Shown here in pieces: positions 9,407-19,378 of a stretch of DNA of 55,022 bases. The notes beneath the pieces were generated by a model, which did not search any database, was not told where the DNA came from, and was given only the letters and a program-made list of their open reading frames with translations. Source of the DNA: a virus (taxonomy: Duplodnaviria; Caudoviricetes); IMG/VR virus record IMGVR_UViG_3300026382_000019, positions 1 to 55,022 of that record; one strand, 5' to 3'. The number at the start of each line of letters is the position of its first letter. Positions within the stretch are counted from its first letter, which is position 1. A program made the position numbers and the translations under genes.

Positions 9407-10291
9407 TTAATTTTTATAAAATTCCAATATTATTTTATCAATATCGTAAATGCTTCTTTTTGACTTTAGTAAATTTTCCTTGCAAAGAAGCATTTGTAAA
9501 TTTTCCTTTGAAGCAATTATAAAAATAGGAATATTTTTCGTAAATCCTTCAAAAACACTAATTTTATGATCAAGATGATAATCACCATATGACCTAATTA
9601 GATTATATGGGTTTATAATATCACCGTAATTTTTGTAATTCTTTTCACTAAGCCTCCTAACCAATTTTGAATATCTATCAAAATCTTCCCTATCTTCGTC
9701 TTTTATCCAAAAACCAGATGACATTTTTGTTTTTCTTTCATTTTCTTTGATTTGCACAGGATTATTGTAATATTCATAACCATATCTATTTAATTTTGTT
9801 ATCTTTGATTTTTCTTTCATGGCCTCTGATTGCGTTGAATATTCACAACCATAACGAGATAAGTTTGTATTCATGATTTTCTGTTTAACTTCTGAACTTT
9901 GTGCAGCAAAATCAACCCCATATATATTTCTATTTGTTGATTTTCTTTTTTCTGTTACTTCATCCCAGTTATCTTTATCATTCAAAGATTTTGATATTTT
10001 CTTGCCATTTTGTTCATAATCTGTATTGTTTACTCCTAATAATTTTTTATCTTTATCATTATTAGAACACTTCGAAGAACAAAATTTATGAAATCCTTTA
10101 TTGAAACTTATGAATTTAGGAATATTGGTGCAGTCATTTGACTTGCATTTAGGCACATCCATATCATTATATATACAGTATATTTCCTCTTTTGAGATGT
10201 TAATTTGATTGATGATACGAGAATTCAATCTCCCATCAGAACGCAATAGATTTTCTTGAATGTATTCTTTAGTCATTTCATTGATCATCAT
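9407..10291 (-). mobile_element. HNH-type homing endonuclease
   Basis: CKS..C / FCSSKC, repeated T..RYG units, C-terminal YHLDHKIS...NLQML..ENLLKS. Confidence 0.75.
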
Positions 10292-10440
10292 ATCTCCTTA
10301 TATACAGTATTATATACAAAATTTACTTAATTTTATGAAAATGGATTATTAGATTTTTGAGGATTGGTATGCCTAAACAGCATATCAGATGTAGTTTTAT
10401 ATTCATCATTTTCAACGTATTTATGATATTATTTATATTT

Positions 10441-10932
10441 TTAAAATGTTCTAATTCCTGGTTTTGAAATGCCTTTTGTCTTTCGTCCAGCAGAAGAGCC
10501 ATCGTTATTTTTCCATGTTTTTGTTTTATGACAGGTAGGACATAAAACCATAAGATTATCATCATGACAATTTGAGGGATTACCATCAATATGGTCCACT
10601 TCAAGGACTTTGATTGTATCATATGAGCCATCGAAGTAATCTTCCTTCATACCACAACCAAAACCTAATCTCCCATCCTTATTTTGACAATAGGGAATGT
10701 CATATTTTTTGCCTCTGTAGGTTTTGCTATTCTGCATTTGAGTATATGAGTCATATTTACTATTTTTCTTGGCAATATCATTATTAAAACATTTGGCACA
10801 TACCGATTTTCCTGTTAAGCATGATACTCTCGGGGGATACGTCCCATCTTTTCTTTTAGTATTGATTGAGCCTCTTGCCGCAGGTTTCCCACATTTGCAT
10901 TTATATTGTGTATGATCATTCCATTTTGCCAT
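10441..10932 (-). CDS. HNH endonuclease
   Basis: LEVDHIDGNPSNCHDDNLMVLCPTCH, with N-terminal Cys pairs. Confidence 0.85.
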   Translation of the reverse strand: MAKWNDHTQYKCKCGKPAARGSINTKRKDGTYPPRVSCLTGKSVCAKCFNNDIAKKNSKYDSYTQMQNSKTYRGKKYDIPYCQNKDGRLGFGCGMKEDYFDGSYDTIKVLEVDHIDGNPSNCHDDNLMVLCPTCHKTKTWKNNDGSSAGRKTKGISKPGIRTF

Positions 10933-10942
10933 ATTACTTCTC

Positions 10943-11404
10943 CTAATACCATACCAATGATTTTTTATTAGATAACTTTATGCTTCCTTTTATATAATCA
11001 TTTGCTGCTAATTCAGGCAGTTCTGAGTTATCTACTGTAGTTTTGATAAGATTATCATTGTTAAATAGTTCTTGTAATTCATCATCAATCTGAACAAACT
11101 TCTTTGAACTAATTGTTACTTCATTAAATTTATCTTTAATATTAGAAGTTTGGTTTTCGAGAATATCCATAAAATATACTTTTGGAAGATACTTTGATAA
11201 ATTAGTGAATTCATTATCTTCAATAACTTCTCTAATATAATTAGGTAATAATAGACTTTTTTTGTTTATAAGCACAATGCCACCATATTTTAGATAATCA
11301 TCACCCTCAATTAATCCAAAATCCGATAAAAGCATACTAATATTCGCCTGATGGAAATTTCCTTTTTCTGCTATTTCTGTTCCTAAAATATAATCTTTTA
11401 ACAT
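10943..11404 (-). CDS. Hypothetical protein
   Basis: 153-aa ORF coupled to its neighbours. Confidence 0.7.
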   Translation of the reverse strand: MLKDYILGTEIAEKGNFHQANISMLLSDFGLIEGDDYLKYGGIVLINKKSLLLPNYIREVIEDNEFTNLSKYLPKVYFMDILENQTSNIKDKFNEVTISSKKFVQIDDELQELFNNDNLIKTTVDNSELPELAANDYIKGSIKLSNKKSLVWY

Positions 11405-11535
11405 TATTTTACTTCCTTATTTTTATTATCTTCATTGATTATATCATCCTTATACTGTGACGTGTACTCGTCTTTATTAATGCATTTTTCCGTTGGTACC
11501 TGGTTTATTCGTAAACCTTTAATTATTTTGCTCAT
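11404..11535 (-). CDS. Small hypothetical protein (43 aa)
   Basis: Manual ORF MSKIIKGLRINQ...KEVK, TAATG-coupled to the next gene, AGGA RBS. Confidence 0.45.
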   Translation of the reverse strand: MSKIIKGLRINQVPTEKCINKDEYTSQYKDDIINEDNKNKEVK

Positions 11536-11539
11536 TTTT

Positions 11540-11821
11540 TTATCCTTGAATGTATCTAATTTTTGGTTGTTTTAATTCTGAATATCCTGTGCTACCTTTT
11601 GGTCCCATATAACTATAATCTTTGGGAATAATGTATTTTCCTGTTAAAAAAGAATCTAAAGGAACAGGATTAGCCGAGAATACATCATTAACATCAGCAC
11701 CATTCTTGATAAGGTTAAAGTTTAAAGAAATTTTAACCGAATTATCTATTAGACCGAGAACATTAATGCTAGGTTTTTGCTTCATATTTTTTGTGTCTTT
11801 TGTATAAAAATCATTTTCCAT
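11540..11821 (-). CDS. Hypothetical protein
   Basis: AGGAG RBS; operonic. Confidence 0.65.
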   Translation of the reverse strand: MENDFYTKDTKNMKQKPSINVLGLIDNSVKISLNFNLIKNGADVNDVFSANPVPLDSFLTGKYIIPKDYSYMGPKGSTGYSELKQPKIRYIQG

Positions 11822-11829
11822 AATATCTC

Positions 11830-12060
11830 CTAAATATATACTTTTTTATCTGAATTTTCAATATTGTCTTCTTTTTTCTTTTTAGTTTTCTTTGGTTTTT
11901 TGGTTTTCTTAGTTTTTTCGGATTTCAAAACTATACTCATAAAAACTTCATATAATCCCCAGACTATCAGCCACTGTAATAAACCTAGATTCACAACTAA
12001 AATTATAAACCATATAAATGAGGTTTCATTAACAAATTTATCTATTCTTTTAAAACTCAT
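11830..12060 (-). CDS. Small membrane protein with a basic tail
   Basis: Hydrophobic stretch followed by KKTKK repeats. Confidence 0.6.
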   Translation of the reverse strand: MSFKRIDKFVNETSFIWFIILVVNLGLLQWLIVWGLYEVFMSIVLKSEKTKKTKKPKKTKKKKEDNIENSDKKVYI

Positions 12061-12198
12061 CCGATATACTCCCAGATTATACCAGTTATTCTCATTTTAA
12101 ATCCTTTTGTTCTTTTATTACTATAATTATAATATAATATACTTAGAGGAATATTAAATTACTCCATTAAAATTTCCATATAGCTCATAATATGTCCT

Positions 12199-12789
12199 TT
12201 ATTTTATTAACTCTATACTTCCATTGTTTATATAGAATGCGTTAAATGATATTTCGGGATAATCAAGAATTAACTCTAAAAAAGCATTGATATTATCTCT
12301 TGAATCATCGTATAGTCTTACTTTTTTGAACTGAGTATTATCTCCTAACATTTTTTTGATAATGTGATATTTTTTTGATGCATTATCCAATCCTGGGATG
12401 TTTCCTGCTCTGATAACATGAACTTTTTGGTCATCTTTGTGCCCAGCTTCAATGCCGTGTTTGACCAAAAACTCTAAAAATCTATCTTTGTCGTCAAAAT
12501 CTTGTCTTGCTGTTAGCAAATAAACCTCTGAATTTGTTGTTTTTGTATTCTCAAAAAGTTCTTGAAGTATCTTTATCATTGGAGTGTTTGGCACTGAAGT
12601 GTTTATAAAAATATCAGTGTCTACAAATTCGGAGAAGTCGAAAACTTCTCCTGTTAATGCTATATATGTATTGTATTCTTGATTTGTTAATTTTCGTAGT
12701 ATATTTCCATTTTCGTCTTTTATGATGATTTTTGCTTTTGTGAAAAATAATGTTTCATCAAGGTCAATAAAAGTAATTGCGTTATTCAA
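12199..12789 (-). CDS. HAD-family phosphatase (RNA-repair / PNK-phosphatase-like)
   Basis: Motif I DLDET, motif II LTAR, motif IV YDDS. Confidence 0.8.
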   Translation of the reverse strand: MNNAITFIDLDETLFFTKAKIIIKDENGNILRKLTNQEYNTYIALTGEVFDFSEFVDTDIFINTSVPNTPMIKILQELFENTKTTNSEVYLLTARQDFDDKDRFLEFLVKHGIEAGHKDDQKVHVIRAGNIPGLDNASKKYHIIKKMLGDNTQFKKVRLYDDSRDNINAFLELILDYPEISFNAFYINNGSIELIK

Positions 12790-12859
12790 AGATTATCCTT
12801 TATGTATTGCTTATATAATTATAACACAATAACCTTAAGAGGAGATAAAATTTATATAT

Positions 12860-13228
12860 TTATGTGAATTTTTTTATATCTCTTACAGCTTTTTCAAATA
12901 TTTCCTCATTATATTTTCCAAAATAACTGGCAATTTCATAGGGATTGAAATTATATTTTTCGGCAAACCTAACATGAAAATCTATAATAAATCTTGATGA
13001 TAATATTATTCTTTCATCCTCATTATATTTGTCTGTCTTAATAAGGTTCAGCATATCCTTCAATGTTTTACTAAAGAACCTCTCAACTTTTTGAACATCT
13101 GAAGGCTGAGATATTTCGATATTTTTATTTTTTATAGTCTCATAAAATTCTTTTTCATATACATCAATCAGAACCAAATCTTTTATTTGGCTCTGCATGT
13201 TTTGTTGTAAGTTTCCTTTAGCGTTCAA
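12860..13228 (-). CDS. Hypothetical protein
   Basis: 122-aa ORF, TTG start with AGGA. Confidence 0.65.
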   Translation of the reverse strand: MNAKGNLQQNMQSQIKDLVLIDVYEKEFYETIKNKNIEISQPSDVQKVERFFSKTLKDMLNLIKTDKYNEDERIILSSRFIIDFHVRFAEKYNFNPYEIASYFGKYNEEIFEKAVRDIKKFT

Positions 13229-13238
13229 TGTTTATCCT

Positions 13239-13730
13239 TTATTTTATGATTTTATTTTTGTTTCTTTTTCTAGTTTTTGCTAGTTTTCTTTTATCTGCTC
13301 TACTCATGCCTTTTACGAGTTTTCCTTTAACATCACAAACCATAGACACTCCTGAATCTTTTGATTTTTTAATTTTGTCAGCATGTTTTTTCTGACATTT
13401 TAATTTTTTCTTCATAGCACGTTTGAATGCTGGCTTTCTTCTTTTTTTGGCTGCATCTTTTTTTGCTTTTGCTGTCATTCTCTCACTGATAGCATCATCG
13501 TCCTCGTCCCAGTCATAAGCATCCCAATCAAAATTATCATGATCAAAATCTTCGCCATCAAAATCACCATATTCTACGATTTCCATTACCAATTCTGTAA
13601 TTTCTGCAATATCATCATCATCCAGGTCTTGTTCTTGTATGAGCTCAATTAAATCTTGCTTTGTCCAATCTTTATCATTGTTTTCATACTCTTGTGCCTT
13701 ATCCTCTAAAATTTCTCTAAAACTTCTCAT
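13239..13730 (-). CDS. Putative prohead core / internal head protein (acidic then basic halves)
   Basis: CTS-like start MRSFREILED; D/E-rich N-half and K/R-rich C-half separated by ISE. Confidence 0.6.
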   Translation of the reverse strand: MRSFREILEDKAQEYENNDKDWTKQDLIELIQEQDLDDDDIAEITELVMEIVEYGDFDGEDFDHDNFDWDAYDWDEDDDAISERMTAKAKKDAAKKRRKPAFKRAMKKKLKCQKKHADKIKKSKDSGVSMVCDVKGKLVKGMSRADKRKLAKTRKRNKNKIIK

Positions 13731-13942
13731 TATTTAACTCCTAATTCTTTTTTTATTGTTTCTATAAATTCACCGTAGTTATGTGTTCCATACTCATCTT
13801 TAACAATTTTTGAGACAGATAAAGCAAAATCTTTTATTGACATACTATCATCTATTTTTTCAATGTTTTTGTCTATCTCTATTGCTAACTTATCTGACTT
13901 TTTGCTTTCGTCAATATTAATAATCTCTCTAAAACTTTTCAT
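13730..13942 (-). CDS. Putative internal head protein
   Basis: CTS-like start MKSFREIINIDE. Confidence 0.6.
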   Translation of the reverse strand: MKSFREIINIDESKKSDKLAIEIDKNIEKIDDSMSIKDFALSVSKIVKDEYGTHNYGEFIETIKKELGVK

Positions 13943-14601
13943 TATTCTAATACCCCCTGTGCTAACATTTTAAGTTTTGCCTGCAAAACCTCTCTTCTGA
14001 AAATTGGGTCTCCATTTTCATCTAATTCTCTCACTTCAACACTTAATATATATGTTGTGCCAGCTGTCAATTGTTGAGATTGTAATGGCATTATTTGAAA
14101 GATAAAAAATGAATCTGCTGGTGTTTTTATGGTGGCGCCGATATTAAAATCATAAGTAAAATTTCCATCTGCACCTGTTTTAATTCTCATTTCTCTCGAA
14201 AAATCAACAAAAACCCCTTTTAGGGTGATTGTGATGTACCTATCTACTTCAGGAACTTCAATGACATTTCCATCTGCATCTGTGCTATCATGATATATTC
14301 TACCGCTTACTGTGCAGATATCATTATCTGCACCAGAAATAACATCATCATTAAAAACAACTTTTTCTAATCCTGTGCTCTCAAAGATTTTATATGTTTT
14401 TCTAAAATCTTTTCCTATTAGAGAATCTGAATTATAAATATTTTCATTCTTGGTCAAGGTTCCTTCTAAAATAGGAGTTCCTCCAAGAGTATCTGAAACT
14501 ACCCAAGAACCCTCCCAATTGTTTGGTAAGTTTATGACTTGTTTGCTACTGAACTCATAAATATCTCCCGAATCTCCTTGTATCAATTCTATGGTTTCCA
14601 T
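13942..14601 (-). CDS. Putative virion structural protein (beta-rich, Ig/BppU-like)
   Basis: IELIQGDS start, beta-strand pattern, located in a late region. Confidence 0.55.
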   Translation of the reverse strand: METIELIQGDSGDIYEFSSKQVINLPNNWEGSWVVSDTLGGTPILEGTLTKNENIYNSDSLIGKDFRKTYKIFESTGLEKVVFNDDVISGADNDICTVSGRIYHDSTDADGNVIEVPEVDRYITITLKGVFVDFSREMRIKTGADGNFTYDFNIGATIKTPADSFFIFQIMPLQSQQLTAGTTYILSVEVRELDENGDPIFRREVLQAKLKMLAQGVLE

Positions 14602-14613
14602 TACTTAATCTCC

Positions 14614-14967
14614 TTAATCCTGAAATTTGCCATTAAAGTCATTTTTAACTACAAATTCATTATCCGCTATTTTCTTTCCCTCAGGTAATGCAGATTCGTT
14701 CATAGCCTCTTTGACATTATATTTTAGTAAGATTTTTGCTATTTGATTGTTTAATCTTCTATCAGATATTTCAGGAATATGAAAAAACTTTCTGTCTTTA
14801 GTAACAAGTACATCATCTTGTTTTAGTGCTATGGCTATTTCCATAACAGCTTCGGCATCATAGAAATAAGTAGTTGCCTCCCCATTCCATTCTTTTGCTA
14901 TATAAGAATCAATTTTTTCATCTGACATTTTCTTAACAGCCTCGTTTACGTAATCTTTAAAAGTCAT
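14614..14967 (-). CDS. Putative internal head protein
   Basis: CTS-like start MTFKDYVNE; own TATAAATA at 14988-14995. Confidence 0.6.
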   Translation of the reverse strand: MTFKDYVNEAVKKMSDEKIDSYIAKEWNGEATTYFYDAEAVMEIAIALKQDDVLVTKDRKFFHIPEISDRRLNNQIAKILLKYNVKEAMNESALPEGKKIADNEFVVKNDFNGKFQD

Positions 14968-15002
14968 TATATACCTCTTTTTTATTTTATTTATAAAGTT
15001 TG

Positions 15003-16466
15003 TTATATGTCGAAATAAATTTTATATTTCCATTCTCTTGAAATAACATTAGTTTTCCAAAAAACAGTTATTGGTTTATTTTTCCATTGCATTCTTTTGG
15101 GTGTCATGTCCCATACCATTTTGTGTATTTTGTTTTCCCATGTTCTTTTTTCTATATTAAGAGTAAAATCAATAATATTAATTTTTTTATTCCAATCAAT
15201 ATTATCAAAAGAGATTAATAAATTATCACAAGAAGCATCGATCAAAAAGTCTTCATGAACAGAAGCACCCAAATTATCATATACAATTGCTCTTACTTTT
15301 AACTCACCAATTAAATCTTTAACATCAAAAGTCCAATCTGATAAATCAGGAATAGGCCCAGTGGTGTAATAGAGTGACCAATTTTCATTGCCATTGATAT
15401 CAGGATTATTTCTCCATATTTGCCATTCTACTTTTTCTATTGTTCCATCTGTATCTTTGCCATTATGCGCAAAAATATATTCTGAATTTTCTACAGTTCC
15501 ATCAGGCTCTTTTAATGTTTTGAGTTCCATCTCGGGCGGAATATTATCCATTGCGAGTGTTTTTTGCTCTTCAATAGTAATATTATTATAGCCATCAAAA
15601 TAAGTTATATATTGAGTTACAGGAATTTCTCCATATGTTTCCAATAATCTAGTAAATTCTTCTGCTGTTATTGTCTCATTATAAAATAGAAATTCTATAT
15701 TTATTATTTGGTCTATATTTCCTGACGGATTTGATTTGATTGTAATCTCATCCCCAACAGAATAAGGAGCTGTAGAATCTAAGAATCCTGTTTCAACAAC
15801 ATAATAAATAGATGCTGTTTTTTCGCATATAGCTTCATTGCCAAAATAATCCATCACTTTTATTTGTGCTGTGATATCACCTGCATTGGTTGTAGTATAA
15901 ACATTCCCTGAGATAAATCCCTCATCATTAAAGTTATACTCAACAGTATTTGTGCCCATAAAAGCAAAAACTATTTCATTATTATATTTCTGATATAAAA
16001 AATGCTCTATATCAAATTCAGTATAAGACATTTCATTGGTATTATTATTTAATGCTATTATATTTTCACCAGAATTAACTTTTTCTGTTAGAGTCCAATC
16101 AGAACACTCAATACTATTTGGTTTATTGAGTTTTATGTCTTGTACATATACATCTTCACCTTTTAATTCTTGCACTATATATGCAAATTCTGATGGAATG
16201 TTGTCAGTGCTTGTTCTATCTCCATCTAACCATACAGCTATTAATATAAATTCTCCAGATGCATTTGTTAATCCTAGTGTATTATCCTGAGAGGATATAC
16301 TTGCGTCACCGAGATTTTTATTGTAGCTTCCGTCTTCTGTATAAAAAACATCCGACCATTTTGTTAAACCATTATTTGTATTATTTACAAAAATTTGAAG
16401 AGAAGCATCTATTATGTCGCCAGAAGAATTATAAATATCCCCTGCCATTGTTATGTTTAATGACAT
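15003..16466 (-). CDS. Acidic PKD/Ig-like repeat structural protein
   Basis: DTDGTIEKVEW and VYDNLGAS PKD-like motifs; N-terminus resembles 21400..24426. Confidence 0.6.
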   Translation of the reverse strand: MSLNITMAGDIYNSSGDIIDASLQIFVNNTNNGLTKWSDVFYTEDGSYNKNLGDASISSQDNTLGLTNASGEFILIAVWLDGDRTSTDNIPSEFAYIVQELKGEDVYVQDIKLNKPNSIECSDWTLTEKVNSGENIIALNNNTNEMSYTEFDIEHFLYQKYNNEIVFAFMGTNTVEYNFNDEGFISGNVYTTTNAGDITAQIKVMDYFGNEAICEKTASIYYVVETGFLDSTAPYSVGDEITIKSNPSGNIDQIINIEFLFYNETITAEEFTRLLETYGEIPVTQYITYFDGYNNITIEEQKTLAMDNIPPEMELKTLKEPDGTVENSEYIFAHNGKDTDGTIEKVEWQIWRNNPDINGNENWSLYYTTGPIPDLSDWTFDVKDLIGELKVRAIVYDNLGASVHEDFLIDASCDNLLISFDNIDWNKKINIIDFTLNIEKRTWENKIHKMVWDMTPKRMQWKNKPITVFWKTNVISREWKYKIYFDI

Positions 16467-16476
16467 ATATTATCTC

Positions 16477-17034
16477 CTATTCTATTTTTTCTAAATTGCT
16501 TATATTATATTTTTCAAATAAAATAACTTCATTTTGTTTTTTCAAATCCTTTATAGTATCATAAAAAACATCAAAAGTCATATCACCAGAACTATCATAT
16601 TTTCCTGTATAATACTTCTTTTTACCTTGAAATAATTTCCCAAAGACATTAAAATCAAAACCTTCTGCATTATCTATCTCTGCCCAATAAAAATCTTTAT
16701 CTTTTGTATTGGTGTATTGTCCTATCATATCTTTTACATCTTCTAGGTATTCTCCTGTATATTTCTTCTTTGTAGTTGATGTTAAATCTCTGTGCTTATA
16801 AGATTTTTCATCTTTCAATGAAACAACTCTATACAGTTTTTTGAATTTTTTTATTACCTTTAGTTTTTGAAGTTCTTTCTTATATTTCCTCAAAAACATA
16901 AGAAGATTATCTCTTGACTCGTCATCATTATATAAAACATATCCTGATAATTCTTCCACAAATTCTTTTAATTCAGGTATCAGATCCTCAATATTTTCTA
17001 TGTTTTCATTCATAAAGTCCTTAAATTTAATCAT
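16477..17034 (-). CDS. Putative capsid-packaged ADP-ribosyltransferase (R-S-E clade)
   Basis: CTS-like start MIKFKDFMNE at 17034 (ATGA overlap); LYR, LTSTT and QNEVIL in canonical order. Confidence 0.55.
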   Translation of the reverse strand: MIKFKDFMNENIENIEDLIPELKEFVEELSGYVLYNDDESRDNLLMFLRKYKKELQKLKVIKKFKKLYRVVSLKDEKSYKHRDLTSTTKKKYTGEYLEDVKDMIGQYTNTKDKDFYWAEIDNAEGFDFNVFGKLFQGKKKYYTGKYDSSGDMTFDVFYDTIKDLKKQNEVILFEKYNISNLEKIE

Positions 17035-18269
17035 TCTATCACTCCCCATTTTATTTTGAAATCTCTTCCATTAGGTTTTATCCAAAAACCACATATTTCA
17101 TACTTTATTAAATCATCAGCCAAATCATTATCATCATCTATTTGTACAAGATTGAAATTATGAACTGAAGTTTCTTTTGTTACGCCTGAGATATAGTTAT
17201 ACATTGTTCCTTCTAAATCTCCAACAGCCGTATTGATAACTTTTATATACTCTGTCGCGGTGGCGCCATATACATCTTCTATCTGGTCTATTATAACATT
17301 TTTTACTGTACTTCTTATAGGATTATTTGTATTATTTATTATCTTATGTTTATCTTTATCCCAATATCCATTTACCATTGGTATAGCACAAAGTTGCCAT
17401 GAGTTACCTTCCACTTCTATTTCACCATAGGCTTGTATTGTTTGTTTTTCTGCTACAGTATCGCCGCATTTTTGAAATACTATATCATATTCCCTCACAG
17501 CATCACTACTATCACCATCTGTATCGGTGGCTATTTCTATTAATTTATACCTACCTTCATTATTATAAGTCCAACTAAAAACAGGATTGCTATCAAGTGA
17601 TGTTTGCAACGACCAATCCTGATTATCTTCATCATATACAACAGTTCTTACTTCGTTGCCGTTTTCATCTTCCGATATCTCTATATATGAGTTTGAGTCT
17701 AAATATAATTTCCAATCAATTTTAAGATTTTGAGGATTATCTTCTTGATCGGTAGAACAACTCGTATATATGGCTGTAGGTACGGTAAAACATGATATAT
17801 TTTCTTCATTACAGGCATCTGGCGGAATGTTTGTTTTCTCTATATCTTTTGAAATAGTATCGGTTTTTATTTCCCAACCTGTAAAATATCTTACGGTTTG
17901 AATTACTGTCTGAAGTCTAGGAACACTTAAAATTTGATTGACTGTTTCGGATTCCTGATGATTGAGCGATGTTCCATCCTCGGAAAAATTATAATCTACA
18001 CCATCCTCTTGTACAACATCATAAGAATCTCCAATAACAGGTATAATTTCTGCTTCATCTATTATGGTAGGTTCTTCTGGGTTGACATTAAAATCTGGCT
18101 GAATGGTGTATTCCTTCCATTCCATATCTTTTGTGAGAACATAATCATAGAATTTACCTGTGCCGTCGTCTATCGTAATTATTTGTTGGATTGTTTTTCC
18201 TGATTCAGCACAATTTCCTATGTGCTGAAAGGAGTCTGTATATGTAGAAGATTCATAAATAGTTTCCAT
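17031..18269 (-). CDS. Acidic structural protein (PKD-like domains plus C-terminal domain shared with 20589..21389)
   Basis: EGRYKL..IATDTDG and IDQIEDVYG motifs; late promoter at 18289-18296. Confidence 0.6.
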   Translation of the reverse strand: METIYESSTYTDSFQHIGNCAESGKTIQQIITIDDGTGKFYDYVLTKDMEWKEYTIQPDFNVNPEEPTIIDEAEIIPVIGDSYDVVQEDGVDYNFSEDGTSLNHQESETVNQILSVPRLQTVIQTVRYFTGWEIKTDTISKDIEKTNIPPDACNEENISCFTVPTAIYTSCSTDQEDNPQNLKIDWKLYLDSNSYIEISEDENGNEVRTVVYDEDNQDWSLQTSLDSNPVFSWTYNNEGRYKLIEIATDTDGDSSDAVREYDIVFQKCGDTVAEKQTIQAYGEIEVEGNSWQLCAIPMVNGYWDKDKHKIINNTNNPIRSTVKNVIIDQIEDVYGATATEYIKVINTAVGDLEGTMYNYISGVTKETSVHNFNLVQIDDDNDLADDLIKYEICGFWIKPNGRDFKIKWGVIE

Positions 18270-18302
18270 AAAGACTCCTTTTTATGAGTATTTATATTAA
18301 AT

Positions 18303-18611
18303 TTAATAACTTAATGCCGGTTTTCTTTTTGGGTCTTTCTTGTCCATCATAATTAGAAAATCTCTCACTGTTTTATATTCCTTTTCATCAAACGAATAAG
18401 AATAATTTGACTTGTCCCATTGAGCGATTAAGGCTTTTAGGTTCGAGTTATTTTTAGCCTTTTTAACTGTAACAGTTATTGGTCCTTTTGTAAATAAAGT
18501 GTATTGAGAATTATACTCTCCCTCTTTATATCCATAATCCAAAACTTCCTCTTTTGCTTTATAGAAGTCATATTTTTTTGCTTCGTTTACATATTCTCTA
18601 AAAGTCTTCAT
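18303..18611 (-). CDS. Putative internal head protein
   Basis: CTS-like start MKTFREYVNE. Confidence 0.6.
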   Translation of the reverse strand: MKTFREYVNEAKKYDFYKAKEEVLDYGYKEGEYNSQYTLFTKGPITVTVKKAKNNSNLKALIAQWDKSNYSYSFDEKEYKTVRDFLIMMDKKDPKRKPALSY

Positions 18612-18639
18612 GCTATTCTCCTATTTTGTTGTTATTTAT

Positions 18640-19071
18640 CTAAGCTAGAGTTTTCATCCAGTTCATTGCTTCATTTTTCTTTTCAAAAAAGTTTACAATA
18701 TCACTTTTTTCTCTTGTAACGATCATATATATTTTCCCATTGGGCTTAATATTCCCGCCCCATAGGTCTTGTTTTTCTGCTCCATGACTTGCTGGATATG
18801 TTGGTATTTCAAAAAGTTTAACTTTTTGATTTTTTGTTTGTTTCATAGGCTTAGTCACTTCTGACCATTTAACCAATTTTCTGACAATGCCATCATAATG
18901 TTCAGTGTCTGAACTGTCAGAATTGAAATATCTTTTTAAATCTGGAAGTTGTGCTGTCATTCCTGAACCTTCAGCATATGTTATCCATAATTCTTTGTAA
19001 TCTGTATTATATAGTACATATTCTTTTGTTGCCTCATTTATCTCATTTATAAATTCACTAAATGTTTTCAC
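18640..19071 (-). CDS. Putative internal head protein
   Basis: CTS-like start MKTFSEFINE. Confidence 0.6.
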   Translation of the reverse strand: MKTFSEFINEINEATKEYVLYNTDYKELWITYAEGSGMTAQLPDLKRYFNSDSSDTEHYDGIVRKLVKWSEVTKPMKQTKNQKVKLFEIPTYPASHGAEKQDLWGGNIKPNGKIYMIVTREKSDIVNFFEKKNEAMNWMKTLA

Positions 19072-19333
19072 AATCCACCCCTAAACCTTTTGACTCACTT
19101 ATAACATCTATATTATCATAATCCTTGTTTAAATCATTTATAATTTTCTTAGCTTCTTTCTTATTAGTTTTGAAGAATAAAACTATTCCTCCTGAAGATA
19201 GATCAACTTCTACCCCATAACTACTATAAGCATCTTTGAGTTCTTCTGCATAATCATTCTCATCAGAACCCAAATTAATTATTATTTCTACTTCTTTTTT
19301 CCCCTCTGTTATATATTCTTTAAATTTTATCAT
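19058..19333 (-). CDS. Putative internal head protein
   Basis: CTS-like start MIKFKEYITE. Confidence 0.6.
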   Translation of the reverse strand: MIKFKEYITEGKKEVEIIINLGSDENDYAEELKDAYSSYGVEVDLSSGGIVLFFKTNKKEAKKIINDLNKDYDNIDVISESKGLGVDCENI

Positions 19334-19378
19334 ATTATTTCTCCTTATTTTATATTGTATCTAACTAAGACTTAAATC

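Noticed and set aside
10323-10631. ORF overlapping the HNH gene in another frame
   Set aside because: The HNH frame carries the clear motif; this frame has none.
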